Below, piece after piece: positions 51,727-61,998 of a DNA stretch of 64,000 nucleotides. A model generated the notes under the pieces. It was given only the letters and a program-made list of their open reading frames with translations, was not told the DNA's origin and made no database searches. The translations under genes and the position numbers were made by a program. Origin of the DNA: a virus; the IMG/VR virus record IMGVR_UViG_3300001679_000053, positions 1-64,000 of that record. One strand, given 5' to 3'. The stretch's first letter is position 1. Each line of letters begins with the position of its first letter.

Positions 51727-53097
51727 TTAATTCCTTCTAAATTTTTCATATTTATTTTTAAGCAACCCTTTTTGCATTGTAGCGGTTAAGGCAACGGGGG
51801 TTCCTGGTATTATTCCATTGGTGACAGGAGATCTGGGGAGTATCTTAATACTGACATTGGATGTGTCCATAAATATGTTAAACACCATGCCATCTGGTCC
51901 GTTCCTATTCTTGGCAATAAAAATTTTGCCTTTATTGTTTTGTTTATCCTCAATTGTTCGTGATACCGAAAAGATAAAGTCCGCAACGAAGCATTTGTTA
52001 AAGGCTTCTGATATTTGTTCCATCGTAATCACCTCTGCACTAAGTCCTGCTCGATTTGTTTGTGAAGCGGTCCAGATAGGGCACTGGAACTCTGTCGAGA
52101 TAGCTCTTAACTCCTCATAAATAGATCCTAACTCGTCGCGCTTTTCTTTGCGGACAATAACTGGCCTTAAAAGATCAGCATAATCTACAATTATCAGCCC
52201 GGGCTTGATGCCGCGTTTAACAAGGCGCGAAAGATGGGAACGGATAGTATTGGTAGTAGCAGACTTCGTAGGATACTCCTTGATGATCAGTTTACCATCA
52301 ATGTCCTTGATTTGTTCATATATTTCGTCTTTAAAAGTACGTAAATCAGAAAGAGGATACCCGGTAATACAACTATCGTAGCGATTTGCAATGACTGTGT
52401 CCTGCAGTTCTAGTGTATAATGTACTACCACCTTCCCTTCGATCACAGCATTTGATCCTAGATGTACGAGGACCATAGACTTTCCAGCGCCGGTCGGAGC
52501 AATTACTACCCCCAACTCACTTTTACCTAATCCTCCACCTACAATACCATCAATATCTTTCCACCCAGTAGTAACCGGATTTCGGTGTTTAATTTCATAT
52601 CTTTTTTCAAAGTCTGTGATATATTCATAGCCAAAGTTATTATCCGATCCCAGTTTAAGCGCTTCATTTATTGTACTGGAAATTTCGTCAAAGGAACAGC
52701 TCTGCAGGAGTCCCACAGATTTTAGCATGGCCTCTTTAAGATTCTGCTTACGGCAAAAGTCCAAAGAAGCTTCTTTAATATACTCAATATCTTGAATCTC
52801 CCGCGTGTGAATTCTAACAAAATAATCCCTTACCTGTTTTTGAATTACACCGTCTTCACCTTCTAACTCGGTACGGAGTATGGTAGTGACCGCATCCACA
52901 GATGGATGCTTGTTATACCTGTCCCGATAGTCCAGTATTTTCGTAATAAAAACACGTAGATACTCTAGTTCAAGAAAGCCAACATCTAGAACTTCCGTTA
53001 TCTGATCCGCGAACGGACGATCCTCGAAAATTAGTTGTACTAGTCCCTCTTGGAAGCTCTTTCCATACCTTCCAAAATTTACATTATCTGGCGACAT
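51727..53097 (-). CDS. dnaB: DnaB-family replicative helicase
   Basis: APTGAGKS, IIVDYADL, TASQTNR, KNRNG. Confidence 0.92.
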   Translation of the reverse strand: MSPDNVNFGRYGKSFQEGLVQLIFEDRPFADQITEVLDVGFLELEYLRVFITKILDYRDRYNKHPSVDAVTTILRTELEGEDGVIQKQVRDYFVRIHTREIQDIEYIKEASLDFCRKQNLKEAMLKSVGLLQSCSFDEISSTINEALKLGSDNNFGYEYITDFEKRYEIKHRNPVTTGWKDIDGIVGGGLGKSELGVVIAPTGAGKSMVLVHLGSNAVIEGKVVVHYTLELQDTVIANRYDSCITGYPLSDLRTFKDEIYEQIKDIDGKLIIKEYPTKSATTNTIRSHLSRLVKRGIKPGLIIVDYADLLRPVIVRKEKRDELGSIYEELRAISTEFQCPIWTASQTNRAGLSAEVITMEQISEAFNKCFVADFIFSVSRTIEDKQNNKGKIFIAKNRNGPDGMVFNIFMDTSNVSIKILPRSPVTNGIIPGTPVALTATMQKGLLKNKYEKFRRN

Positions 53098-53167
53098 GAA
53101 TCCTCACTTCTAGCCCTAGTAGTAAGTATAGCGCAGCCACCCTTAAAGTCAACCGAAAAACTGTACA

Positions 53168-54157
53168 TTATTTAAGTGCCAGGGCTGCAGCGTCAACACA
53201 ATCCCTCGTGATCTTATTTAAGTGTGTACGTAAATCATCCCAATTTAACTCACCAAAGCCGTCCTCTCGCATAAGCTTTATTACTTCAGTTTTGTTGAAA
53301 GTGCATTCAAAATTTTCTAAAGAATAGTTAACATGATCTTTTGCTTGAATAGACATTTGAGGACTGTAAAGTTGCATCATCTTATAATTGTGTTCGATCA
53401 CGTCGCGGCCCTCCACGATGTTGGTAAAAAACTTAAGATTGGTACCTGAGTTCTCACAAAATTCTAAAACCTCATCTATGGTGTAATCTTTTTCGGAAGA
53501 CAAGAATGACAGACGATTCTTTACCGACGTAAACCCGGCGCCGCGGATGCCTGGAAGGTTGTCGGAGGTATCTCCAATAATTGAGCGCGCCAGAGCCATG
53601 TTCGTTGGATGTACACCGGTCTGCTCTATGATCCTTCTGACGTTTAGAAGCTCTTTCTTTACTGGGCGCCATAAAATTGTCTCGTCATCGCACAGCTGCA
53701 TAAAGTCTTTATCATTGGATACAATAATCTTTTGCCAGCCGTCATAATAACTTGAAGTAGTTAGGTGTGCAATAACATCGTCTGCCTCTATTTTTTCTAT
53801 CATAAACTGGATGATAGGCATGCTGTTGAAATATTCAATGACTCGGCTTTGCTGCCAAATCTTATTTTGCAATTCCTCGTTCTCAGTTAGATTATGGAAG
53901 GCGCGGTTAAGGCGGATTGGTTTTCTGCCGGCCTTATAGTTCTTGTCCATGTCTTTGCGCTTACGGGAACCATCTGGTCCGTCCCACACAATTACAATCT
54001 GATTGGGATTGGTTTCTCTTACGAGCTTTTGGAGAATCTTCATGAAGCCCTTGAGCCCACCAATGGGTTGACCATTAGAAGACAATGAGGGGTCTACAAT
54101 ATATGCTCTCAGATATGCGTTTAGCGCATCTACTATTAATACTCTTTTATTCTTCAC
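53168..54157 (-). CDS. 5'-3' exonuclease / flap endonuclease (T4 RNase H-like)
   Basis: LIVDALN, YKAGR, EADDVIA, SNDKD, GDTSDNLPG. Confidence 0.92.
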   Translation of the reverse strand: MKNKRVLIVDALNAYLRAYIVDPSLSSNGQPIGGLKGFMKILQKLVRETNPNQIVIVWDGPDGSRKRKDMDKNYKAGRKPIRLNRAFHNLTENEELQNKIWQQSRVIEYFNSMPIIQFMIEKIEADDVIAHLTTSSYYDGWQKIIVSNDKDFMQLCDDETILWRPVKKELLNVRRIIEQTGVHPTNMALARSIIGDTSDNLPGIRGAGFTSVKNRLSFLSSEKDYTIDEVLEFCENSGTNLKFFTNIVEGRDVIEHNYKMMQLYSPQMSIQAKDHVNYSLENFECTFNKTEVIKLMREDGFGELNWDDLRTHLNKITRDCVDAAALALK

Positions 54158-54161
54158 TTTA

Positions 54162-55304
54162 CTATGCCTTTACTGGAACTGTGAGATCTGCAGGATCTTC
54201 ATAAAAAGCTTTTGCGTCACCCTGGCGCTTATCAAACTTCTGAATTATCTCCTCATCCATTAGTGCAGTAACATGCTCTCTAAACTCTGCGTCTTCATTT
54301 ACCAACTCGGTCCACTTAGAAGGCTGGAACTTCTTTTCATAGCCGTCGGCTGTCTTAATGGTGTACCATGCGCCGGCACTGGTGAGACATGAAGAGCCCT
54401 TGATCGCATCGAACCACGACTCTTCATCGCGGATGCCCACTTCGTTCCCCCACAGAATGCGGAAAGCACATGAGCGCCCTTGTGTGCCAAAGCGAGACTT
54501 CTCCAGTTTCACCTTAACCTCGGATCCAATACGGAATCCCTTCTCGTCTTCAATAAAGGAAGCCTTTGCCTTGCGCCCAGTCAACCAGATGCGGAGAGAA
54601 TAGGAATAATGCATTGCCTTTCCTCCCGGTGTCATATACGGAGTCGTCATAGCAATGATGCGAGCGTTTGGTCCGCTGGGAATGTTAGTCTTCAACTGAT
54701 TGAGGACCAGGAACGTAGCCTGTTTGTCGGCAATCGGAATAATCAGCTTGGACATTCCCTTGGCCAAAATGCGCGCCTTCACTGCCATCGATGATTGGGG
54801 ATTAAAGTCTCCCTCAACATCAGATACAGAAGGTGTAAGTGCGAGTGAATCCCAGATGAACAGTAGTTGATCTTCGGCTGCTCCCAGCAGTTCTTCTACA
54901 GTCTCCAATACAAACTCCACAGAGGAAGCCTGGATGTACATTAGTCGCTCTAGGTCACATCCTGCCTGCTCCAAGAAGCGTGGGTCGATGGCTGACTCAG
55001 AATCGAAGTAGACGATAAGCTTGCCCGTTTTCTGAGCGTTTGCGGCTATTTGCGCGGCCATGTAAGATTTGCCTGTGGATTCAAGTCCTGCAATCTCCGT
55101 CACCTTTCCTACTGGAACGCCGGCACGGTGGCCCTTGCTGATGATTGAGTCCAGCCAGCGGGAGCCGGTGGGGATCCATTCCTTTACTGACGTGGGATTT
55201 TCTCCCGTCAGATCGTGTGCGACATTCCTGCCGGCTTTCTTGTTAACCATTTTCATTAGGTCTTGTATTGCTACACGACCAGCTTTTGCTTTAGCTTTAG
55301 CCAT
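54162..55304 (-). CDS. recA: RecA/UvsX recombinase
   Basis: GLESTGKS, YFDSE, WDSL, TPGGKA. Confidence 0.93.
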   Translation of the reverse strand: MAKAKAKAGRVAIQDLMKMVNKKAGRNVAHDLTGENPTSVKEWIPTGSRWLDSIISKGHRAGVPVGKVTEIAGLESTGKSYMAAQIAANAQKTGKLIVYFDSESAIDPRFLEQAGCDLERLMYIQASSVEFVLETVEELLGAAEDQLLFIWDSLALTPSVSDVEGDFNPQSSMAVKARILAKGMSKLIIPIADKQATFLVLNQLKTNIPSGPNARIIAMTTPYMTPGGKAMHYSYSLRIWLTGRKAKASFIEDEKGFRIGSEVKVKLEKSRFGTQGRSCAFRILWGNEVGIRDEESWFDAIKGSSCLTSAGAWYTIKTADGYEKKFQPSKWTELVNEDAEFREHVTALMDEEIIQKFDKRQGDAKAFYEDPADLTVPVKA

Positions 55305-55342
55305 TTGCTCTCCTTATATGTTATTATAACACATGCCCTGTG

Positions 55343-56167
55343 TTATGGCAAGTTAGTAATGATGATTTCTGAAGATTTCTTTGATCTATTCATTCCGTAT
55401 GTCCACTCTGCTTCGTGTATATCGAAGTCTCGATAAAGTGAACGGATCTCGTCGCAATCATTATATGATAAGATCCAGTTGGCTCGTTCTCTCAGCATAG
55501 AGAAGAGCGCAAGGTGAGGAAAGAATGCGTGCATGTCTCCCTCGTCTCCGTAAAGTTTGCATCGTGCAGCCTCCAAAAAGTATGGAGGGTCAAGATATAG
55601 GCAACAGTCATGCCTTTTGATAGAGTCTTTAAAGTCGGCATGCTTCACCGTGAGGTTGTCCACCTTAAAGTTCCTAATATATTCTATTTGTGAGTCTGTA
55701 AACCTTGCATATGATGCTCTTTCAGAGAACCCACCTGCAAGGGTAGCACCCGAAAAACTGCTGCGATTAATAGCATATACTTTTGCTGCAGCTTCGTATG
55801 AAAAGGGGTGACCAGAGCGCAGGGCAAATCTAATTTCATCCCTGAATCGATCGAAGTCTCTCTGTAGAAGCCCTCTCGCTTTATATTCTTTATCTTGATA
55901 GATATACTTCTTCTTAGATTTGGTGCGAGCGAGGTCTGCTAGTGTGGCCAAGCGCTCAGGATCTTTTAAGAGAGCCTGCCAGAACCATACAATCGGCTTG
56001 AACCCGTCATATGCATGGACCTTTATTCCTTTCTCAGCGAGCGCTAACTCTATTGAACCACCCCCTAGAAAGGGGGAGCAAAGCTCCCCACAATCTTCGG
56101 GAATGAATTCCATTAGCGTCTTCACTGCCCGGGATTTACCTCCCGGATATCGCAGTGGAGTTTTCAT
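55343..56167 (-). CDS. dam: D12-class DNA adenine methyltransferase
   Basis: LRYPGGKS, PFLGGGS, YLDPPY, LSYND. Confidence 0.9.
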   Translation of the reverse strand: MKTPLRYPGGKSRAVKTLMEFIPEDCGELCSPFLGGGSIELALAEKGIKVHAYDGFKPIVWFWQALLKDPERLATLADLARTKSKKKYIYQDKEYKARGLLQRDFDRFRDEIRFALRSGHPFSYEAAAKVYAINRSSFSGATLAGGFSERASYARFTDSQIEYIRNFKVDNLTVKHADFKDSIKRHDCCLYLDPPYFLEAARCKLYGDEGDMHAFFPHLALFSMLRERANWILSYNDCDEIRSLYRDFDIHEAEWTYGMNRSKKSSEIIITNLP

Positions 56168-57321
56168 CAGTATTTGGCCACACTAACAAGTGAATCGCTC
56201 TCAAGATCATGACTATCAGCAATCTGTGGGCAGGCACCAATAATATTAAATGGCTTCTCGGCGTCACCAATAGATTTGCCAGTTGCTTTCAAGAGCCCAT
56301 CGAGATTCAGCCCGGCTGCAGCTAGCTGACTTTTTACTAGTTCATATGACATGGCGTAAAGCTGATTCAGCTTGGTGATCGACTTCGATAGCGCCTCGCG
56401 TGCTTCCGGAGGACGGTAGAGGCTAGTGTAGAAGATAATATCTACTGGATCAGTACCCTTAATAATGGCTGGCAGAATAGTTTCACACCAGACACGTTGA
56501 ATATAGGTATCGCAGGATGCCAGAGATGCATTAACCAGTACATAGTCTTTCTTACGTAACTCAAGGTTACGCTTAATCCAAGAGTGCCAATCTTTAGTGG
56601 CCTTGCGAAGAATCAATGATTCATCACGTGTGCTAACTTCAATAATCTTATCACGCATTTTGGTGATTTGACCGGTCTTGAAGTGCAACTCCACCTGGAG
56701 GTCACGAAGCCAGCTGTCAATATCCGCAACAGTTGGCTCAAGCTCACCCAAGTTGATCAAGTGAACACCGCCGTTTACAATATCCTCGTAAGTTGCGGGA
56801 GAGTTCGGAAGATCGTCCAAGTTCTCAATGAATGCGTTTGTGAGCGTATTCTTTAGCGACGTGTCTTCGCGGCTATATACCGCAGTTGGCAACCAACGTT
56901 CGTCGTTGTTAATGGCGGCGGAGGCGCGCCCTCGGCCTCCAAGCCATGCACCATTGGAGTCACGACTAGGCGGCCACTCAGTTATAACAAAGCCGCGTTG
57001 TGAAAAGGATACCTCAAGTCCATCAATACGATCGTTTGCATCAAACTCATTACGAATACCTAAATTCGCAAAATTTTCGTCATCTAAATCGACCGTATGG
57101 AGATCAAGAAATTCAAAATGACTGAACGTGCAGCTTTTGAATTTGATTGGTACCAGTCCGCTGCTTTTCACCAACTTGTCGAATTCATCAAGGTTAATTG
57201 TACCTTGAGTGTTGAACCCTGGGCGGACACGGGGGTTGTTATTGTGAATGTCAACGACCTTAACTTCGTTGGTGTTCATGATGCTGGTTGTGGTGTCAGC
57301 GGCACCTTTTTTGTTTGACAT
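56167..57321 (-). CDS. hypothetical protein
   Basis: 384 aa from MSNKK after AAGGAG; has its own promoter at ~57410-57442. Confidence 0.75.
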   Translation of the reverse strand: MSNKKGAADTTTSIMNTNEVKVVDIHNNNPRVRPGFNTQGTINLDEFDKLVKSSGLVPIKFKSCTFSHFEFLDLHTVDLDDENFANLGIRNEFDANDRIDGLEVSFSQRGFVITEWPPSRDSNGAWLGGRGRASAAINNDERWLPTAVYSREDTSLKNTLTNAFIENLDDLPNSPATYEDIVNGGVHLINLGELEPTVADIDSWLRDLQVELHFKTGQITKMRDKIIEVSTRDESLILRKATKDWHSWIKRNLELRKKDYVLVNASLASCDTYIQRVWCETILPAIIKGTDPVDIIFYTSLYRPPEAREALSKSITKLNQLYAMSYELVKSQLAAAGLNLDGLLKATGKSIGDAEKPFNIIGACPQIADSHDLESDSLVSVAKY

Positions 57322-57451
57322 TTTTTCTCCTTTGCAAATTCGCATATTAATGTCTGAACCTCAAGTGCCGAAGCGGTAGAGATTCGTATCTATCTTCCAT
57401 TGAAGATGTCTTTATTATAACACCTTGATTTTAAATGTCAAGGATTATTTT

Positions 57452-57488
57452 AAAATGGCGGCAGACTTTACACCGGTCTGCCAGCGGC
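57452..57488 (-). terminator. bulged hairpin + T-tract, copy 1
   Basis: GCCGCTGGCAGAC-loop-GTCTGCCGC-CATTTT. Confidence 0.6.
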
Positions 57489-57496
57489 TGGGGGGA

Positions 57497-57730
57497 CTAC
57501 TGAGTCTCGGTGGTAGTGCCGGTAGTTGTCTCAGTGGTAGTCTCGGTGGTCGAGGACACCGGGACGGTTTCACCAGCAGTTGCTGGCTCTGTGAATGTCG
57601 GAGTTGCCTCCGAAACGGTGGGGGGCTCGACTGAACATGTACCGTATGCAGTGGCGATAACAAGAACGCCTCCTACAACACTAACATGCACCTTCCAGCG
57701 CGCCCACGCGGACTTTAACCATTCTAACAT
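57497..57730 (-). CDS. small membrane protein with Thr/Glu-rich tail
   Basis: TM helix, then TTETTTETTTGTTTETQ. Confidence 0.75.
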   Translation of the reverse strand: MLEWLKSAWARWKVHVSVVGGVLVIATAYGTCSVEPPTVSEATPTFTEPATAGETVPVSSTTETTTETTTGTTTETQ

Positions 57731-57752
57731 TATATGTCTCCTTCTGTTGATT

Positions 57753-57794
57753 AAAAGTGCGGCAGAGTATTTGTATGCCCGCTCTGCCAGCGGC
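57753..57794 (-). terminator. bulged hairpin + T-tract, copy 2
   Basis: GCCGCTGGCAGAG-loop-CTCTGCCGC-ACTTTT. Confidence 0.6.
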
Positions 57795-57814
57795 CATTAT
57801 AAACAAGCTTGAGA

Positions 57815-58594
57815 TTAACCTGACATTAGTTCATCAAATGCACGGTCCACGTCATTCTTTCCACCCTTATTTTGGTGGTTGTATGACGTTGTCTCAGACG
57901 AGCGCGCTTCAGCGGTTTTTTCGCCGGCTAACTGCTCATCGAGAATCACATCTACCTGCTCTGGAGTAAGGCGCTCAAAAAGAGAATCAAACTCTGGAAT
58001 ACCATCTAGGAGGGCGGGGACGGCTTCATTATCCTTAAGCAGTGGCGAAGTGTTTCTACGCATCTTCAGGCTTGTTTGTGGGTACGCGCCCGGCTTATTG
58101 GGCTTCGTATAGGTTAGGGTGATATCGGTGCCCTCTTGCACATCAGTGACATCACCGTATTCAGGATCAAGAATATACCCGAGCAAAAGTTCATACGCCT
58201 GCTTTCCGTAGCCGTAAATCTTCGCTCCCTCATCCTCTCGACCTCGTACAACGACTGGTGAGAAGTACCGAGTGCGCACAAAGAGTGACTTTGCTAGCTT
58301 CTTGGTTTCCTCATCGTTTGTGTCTGTTCCTTCACGCCACAACTGTGAGGCAAAATCGCAGATGGGGCAGCGTTCTCCGTAGTTTCGCTTCGGACACACA
58401 ACACCTCCCCTATGATCTCCCACGTTATAGTGGAAGAACATTTCCTTCAACGGATCTCCATCCGCTGTTGGTACAATACGGATATCCGTATCTCCCTCGT
58501 CTGGCTTGAACCAGTGTGAAGTTCCGTCAGAACCTCTTCCGTCACCGCGCAAATTTGCGAGCTTGCGGCGCATAAGCTCCATGTTGATTCCCAT
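57815..58594 (-). CDS. gp32-like single-stranded DNA-binding protein
   Basis: WFKP..G...IRIVP, H....C......CPIC, YGYGK, GTDITL, acidic C-terminus DVDRAFDELM. Confidence 0.85.
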   Translation of the reverse strand: MGINMELMRRKLANLRGDGRGSDGTSHWFKPDEGDTDIRIVPTADGDPLKEMFFHYNVGDHRGGVVCPKRNYGERCPICDFASQLWREGTDTNDEETKKLAKSLFVRTRYFSPVVVRGREDEGAKIYGYGKQAYELLLGYILDPEYGDVTDVQEGTDITLTYTKPNKPGAYPQTSLKMRRNTSPLLKDNEAVPALLDGIPEFDSLFERLTPEQVDVILDEQLAGEKTAEARSSETTSYNHQNKGGKNDVDRAFDELMSG

Positions 58595-58628
58595 AATGTT
58601 TCTCCTTTATGATGGGTATTATAACACT

Positions 58629-59489
58629 CTATTCAAGATTGTCAAGAGTATTTGTTTGAATTGCGTTAGTGTGGGCAACGCAGAGCCCAAAATCTTGCTC
58701 ATGAAAAGTTTCATAGATTGCATATGAATGGCGTAAATAGGCGTTTGAATTCTTTCTTTTCAGACTTTCAACAATACGCTTATGTAATCCTCCATCGCTC
58801 TCTAATTTTTTATCATTTACACATAGATAATAACATATTTCACGAGGGTTGTCAAGCTGAAAGAACCATTTTTCTTGAAGTTTTTCTACGGTGGCAAATC
58901 CTATCGCCCTGATCCTGTTTATTTCTTGGGGGCGAGACACATTGCCAATCTCCGGTTCGTTGTGAGTGAAATAGTTGATAAAATGAATGGCTGAAACAAT
59001 GGTTTTGTTTAGAGAATCATAAAAATTCTTAATGGGAACCGTATTTCCCATGGCCAGTTCTACAAATTCGTTGGAAATTATAGTGAGACTGTGAAGTAAG
59101 CCTGAGCGAGCATATTCCTGTAGGATCCCTCCTACTACCTTTTCTATCTTTGCGGGAGTGTCAGCTAATAGGTCGGTGTCGGGCTTTATATAGAATACAT
59201 CTACTTTCTTATCTTGGAGTTGTTCTAAAATTCCTAATGAGTAATTAGAACTTAATGAGGATCCCATAATAAAAACCTGCATGTGTTTGTCAGCATCTTT
59301 AAAAAACTTTTTTAAATTAGGAATATTGTCTTCGTATTCTTCTGGACTGTCGAAAGTCTTAAGTTTAAAGTTCCCCTTGCTGTTCTTTTTAACTTTGTCA
59401 TTTAAACAGTAAATATTATATTGAGAATGTTCTTTAAATCTCGCGGCGATGGCGCTGGCGCCGTTGCCGATGCCCACTACCGACATCAT
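58629..59489 (-). CDS. divergent tubulin/FtsZ-like (PhuZ/TubZ-type) protein
   Basis: SVVGIGNGASAIA N-terminus, IISN, LNKTI; GGGTG signature degenerate (GSSLSS). Confidence 0.55.
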   Translation of the reverse strand: MMSVVGIGNGASAIAARFKEHSQYNIYCLNDKVKKNSKGNFKLKTFDSPEEYEDNIPNLKKFFKDADKHMQVFIMGSSLSSNYSLGILEQLQDKKVDVFYIKPDTDLLADTPAKIEKVVGGILQEYARSGLLHSLTIISNEFVELAMGNTVPIKNFYDSLNKTIVSAIHFINYFTHNEPEIGNVSRPQEINRIRAIGFATVEKLQEKWFFQLDNPREICYYLCVNDKKLESDGGLHKRIVESLKRKNSNAYLRHSYAIYETFHEQDFGLCVAHTNAIQTNTLDNLE

Positions 59490-60673
59490 AGTTTTAGCTC
59501 GTTCAGATCTAAGTAATTTGGGCCCGCAGACATATTGACCAGATAGCGTCCCAACTGGTTATTCGCAAAAATCTCTTTGATCTCGGGTACGAGATGTCTT
59601 TCTTTACTATCTAAATCTATCACGATTTCATCATGTACTATATGGGAGATAAATGAACTCTTATCCTTCAATAATTCCGAAATTCGGCAAGCGCGTTCTA
59701 ACACCAAATCAGAGGTGGTGCTCTGGATCAAATAATTTAAGGCGCGCCGGCGATCCACTTTAATTTCCCTTCCGAATATAGTACTAATATATCCTTCTGA
59801 GTACCATTTGTCAAGTACTTTTTCTCGATCATAGTATTCAGTATTAATTGCCTTAGAATCAGGATTATAGAGCCATGCAAAGAAAATGGTCTTAGCTTCT
59901 TCTCTGGGAATATCGGCGCGCTCAAGAACGTTCTTCAGATTCCACGAATGAATATCTTCTGGCGGCTGTGGTATACCACTGAGGGCCAACAGGGTGCGTA
60001 CTTCTGCTCCGTTATAGTCCAGCGACAGGAACCAGTCATTGCGAGGCTTTATAAGCCTCCTAAGCTCTTTTCTCATTGTCAGTATAGGGAATGAGTGGGT
60101 CCTCGTGGTAAGACGCCCTGTGACGGTACCAAACAGGTTATAGTCAATATAGTTTTGCTTATTAAGATACTTTTGCGCTTCTTTACGGAGAGCGCTCTTT
60201 ACAAAAATTTCGCGGCACTCCTCATTATTTAAATTGAGCGTTTGATACTTGATCTGGTGAAGGAGTGTTTGTACGTCGCTTAAGAACGTATAGTTAGAGG
60301 GTTTATCGCATGTTTGAAAAACATGTTCGGTGATCTTATTTTTTATTTCTAAGAATCTCACGATAAAATCATGTGGCACCAAATCAAAAAAGCAGTGTTC
60401 ATATAGATCCACTTTAGCCAGTTCAAAAGAGCGTCGGTAAGCCCTCATTTTTTTGGCTGATGCGGCATACTCTTCTTTAAGTGATTCCGGGCATGCAGCC
60501 TCCAAAGAAATACCACCACAATATAGCCATGCGTATTCCGCTGCGGTACCCTCTAGCGTACCTGAATACTTCCAAGTTCGATCTAAATTAGAGGGAATCT
60601 GGTCAAAGAGGAGCTTACCATCCTGATAAACCCCTACACACTCTTTCTTGTCGTCGATCGTTTGGAAGTACAT
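59486..60673 (-). CDS. minimal family-A DNA polymerase-like protein
   Basis: TVTGRL, DYNGAEVR (motif A), REEAK..FF..LY (B), NYLIQST, VHDE (C). Confidence 0.85.
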   Translation of the reverse strand: MYFQTIDDKKECVGVYQDGKLLFDQIPSNLDRTWKYSGTLEGTAAEYAWLYCGGISLEAACPESLKEEYAASAKKMRAYRRSFELAKVDLYEHCFFDLVPHDFIVRFLEIKNKITEHVFQTCDKPSNYTFLSDVQTLLHQIKYQTLNLNNEECREIFVKSALRKEAQKYLNKQNYIDYNLFGTVTGRLTTRTHSFPILTMRKELRRLIKPRNDWFLSLDYNGAEVRTLLALSGIPQPPEDIHSWNLKNVLERADIPREEAKTIFFAWLYNPDSKAINTEYYDREKVLDKWYSEGYISTIFGREIKVDRRRALNYLIQSTTSDLVLERACRISELLKDKSSFISHIVHDEIVIDLDSKERHLVPEIKEIFANNQLGRYLVNMSAGPNYLDLNELKL

Positions 60674-60678
60674 TAGCC

Positions 60679-61974
60679 TTACTTTTCTAAATCAATTCTA
60701 TCGAACTTACTCTTAATATAGCTTAAAGAGCCCATATAGTCAAACGTTTTATTTAAAATTCTTTCAAAAATGTCGACAGCTGCCCGGGGTTTCCTTCGAA
60801 ACACCTCCATACAATCATCAATCAATAACGTTTTTTCATTATTTGTATAAGGGCTCTCTTCTTCCATAAATCTGATTGTACAGTATAGCCTAAAGAAAAA
60901 CAACTCACTATATCGCTCTTTGAAAATTTGGGGGGGATATTCTATCGGCCTGGTGGTCTTTACTGTTGGTGCCTTAGAGCTATTACACGTAACTGCCTTA
61001 AAGGAGGGATATTTAACCTGATTATAAAAGCGGAGCATTATATTTCTAAAGTCTCGATAATATCCTCGGTGTGCTGGCGTATATGCTCCACGTAAAACCC
61101 TGTCGGTGCTACCCATGTTATATGTTGCAGCCTTTCGCAGCATAGGACTAGAGGCGATATCAGCTACAAGGCGGCCAGGATATAGTTTGTCCACCATAAA
61201 GCCATAACTACGACAGGCATTTAGATAATACTCCCAATTTGAACTATAGGTGAGTTTGAGTATTTTTTCTACATCGGCGGCGGGTGAAATATCTGCGATT
61301 TCTATGACGAGACCAGAGACATGAACGGGGCAATAGTTGCTTTTTATGAATGCGGGAAAAGTGAAGGGTTGCTTTCGGGCAGTCTTTTTAAGGTAGGGTA
61401 AAAGTTTAGCTAGAAAGTCATCAAAACTTATAATCGATTCATTATCATCTTTAAAAATTGAGTCGATTGCATCTTTGTATATTCTCAAGTGATCATAGTA
61501 AAGTTTATGTGGGTTTTCATAGGCTTTATATACCTGAAGCTCCGATAAATAGGGATCGGCGGCACTAATTTTCTTAGACATCACAGATTTTCTAAATTGG
61601 TATGTCATTTCATTGAAATTTTCTTCTACAAAGTTTAAAGCCTTAAAATCACCCTCCGTTTTACTTCCTCTGATATTTACAATTTGTGTGTTGGGGTCGC
61701 TAACAACCATAGGGACAAATAGCCGGCTGGTGCGCCCATATAGATGTTTCTCAGCAAAATTGAAATCTACCACGTTAGAATAATCTTCTGTGGCTATCGC
61801 GACTTCATTTTTATACCGAAGGCGCTTGTTGTATAGATTCTTGGTTGTGTTATCTGCATACAAGCTTTCTATGTATAGATCACTCATATTGGTTGGAGTG
61901 CTATCACCGGCCTGTGCATCCGTGTCTGAAGGAGCTTCACTTTGACGGTAAATAATATTATCAGAAGATGCCAT
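60679..61974 (-). CDS. hypothetical protein
   Basis: 431-aa ORF. Confidence 0.75.
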   Translation of the reverse strand: MASSDNIIYRQSEAPSDTDAQAGDSTPTNMSDLYIESLYADNTTKNLYNKRLRYKNEVAIATEDYSNVVDFNFAEKHLYGRTSRLFVPMVVSDPNTQIVNIRGSKTEGDFKALNFVEENFNEMTYQFRKSVMSKKISAADPYLSELQVYKAYENPHKLYYDHLRIYKDAIDSIFKDDNESIISFDDFLAKLLPYLKKTARKQPFTFPAFIKSNYCPVHVSGLVIEIADISPAADVEKILKLTYSSNWEYYLNACRSYGFMVDKLYPGRLVADIASSPMLRKAATYNMGSTDRVLRGAYTPAHRGYYRDFRNIMLRFYNQVKYPSFKAVTCNSSKAPTVKTTRPIEYPPQIFKERYSELFFFRLYCTIRFMEEESPYTNNEKTLLIDDCMEVFRRKPRAAVDIFERILNKTFDYMGSLSYIKSKFDRIDLEK

Positions 61975-61998
61975 TTGGTTTCTCTATTGTGTTGAAAT

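Noticed and set aside
42480-55304. Inteins or introns in dnaE, nrdJ, helicase or recA
   Set aside because: Lengths are normal, motifs are contiguous, and no splice-junction or homing-endonuclease motifs were seen.
57322-57410. Possible riboswitch in the leader of the 384-aa gene
   Set aside because: Only short hairpins are visible and no known aptamer consensus is recognisable by eye.
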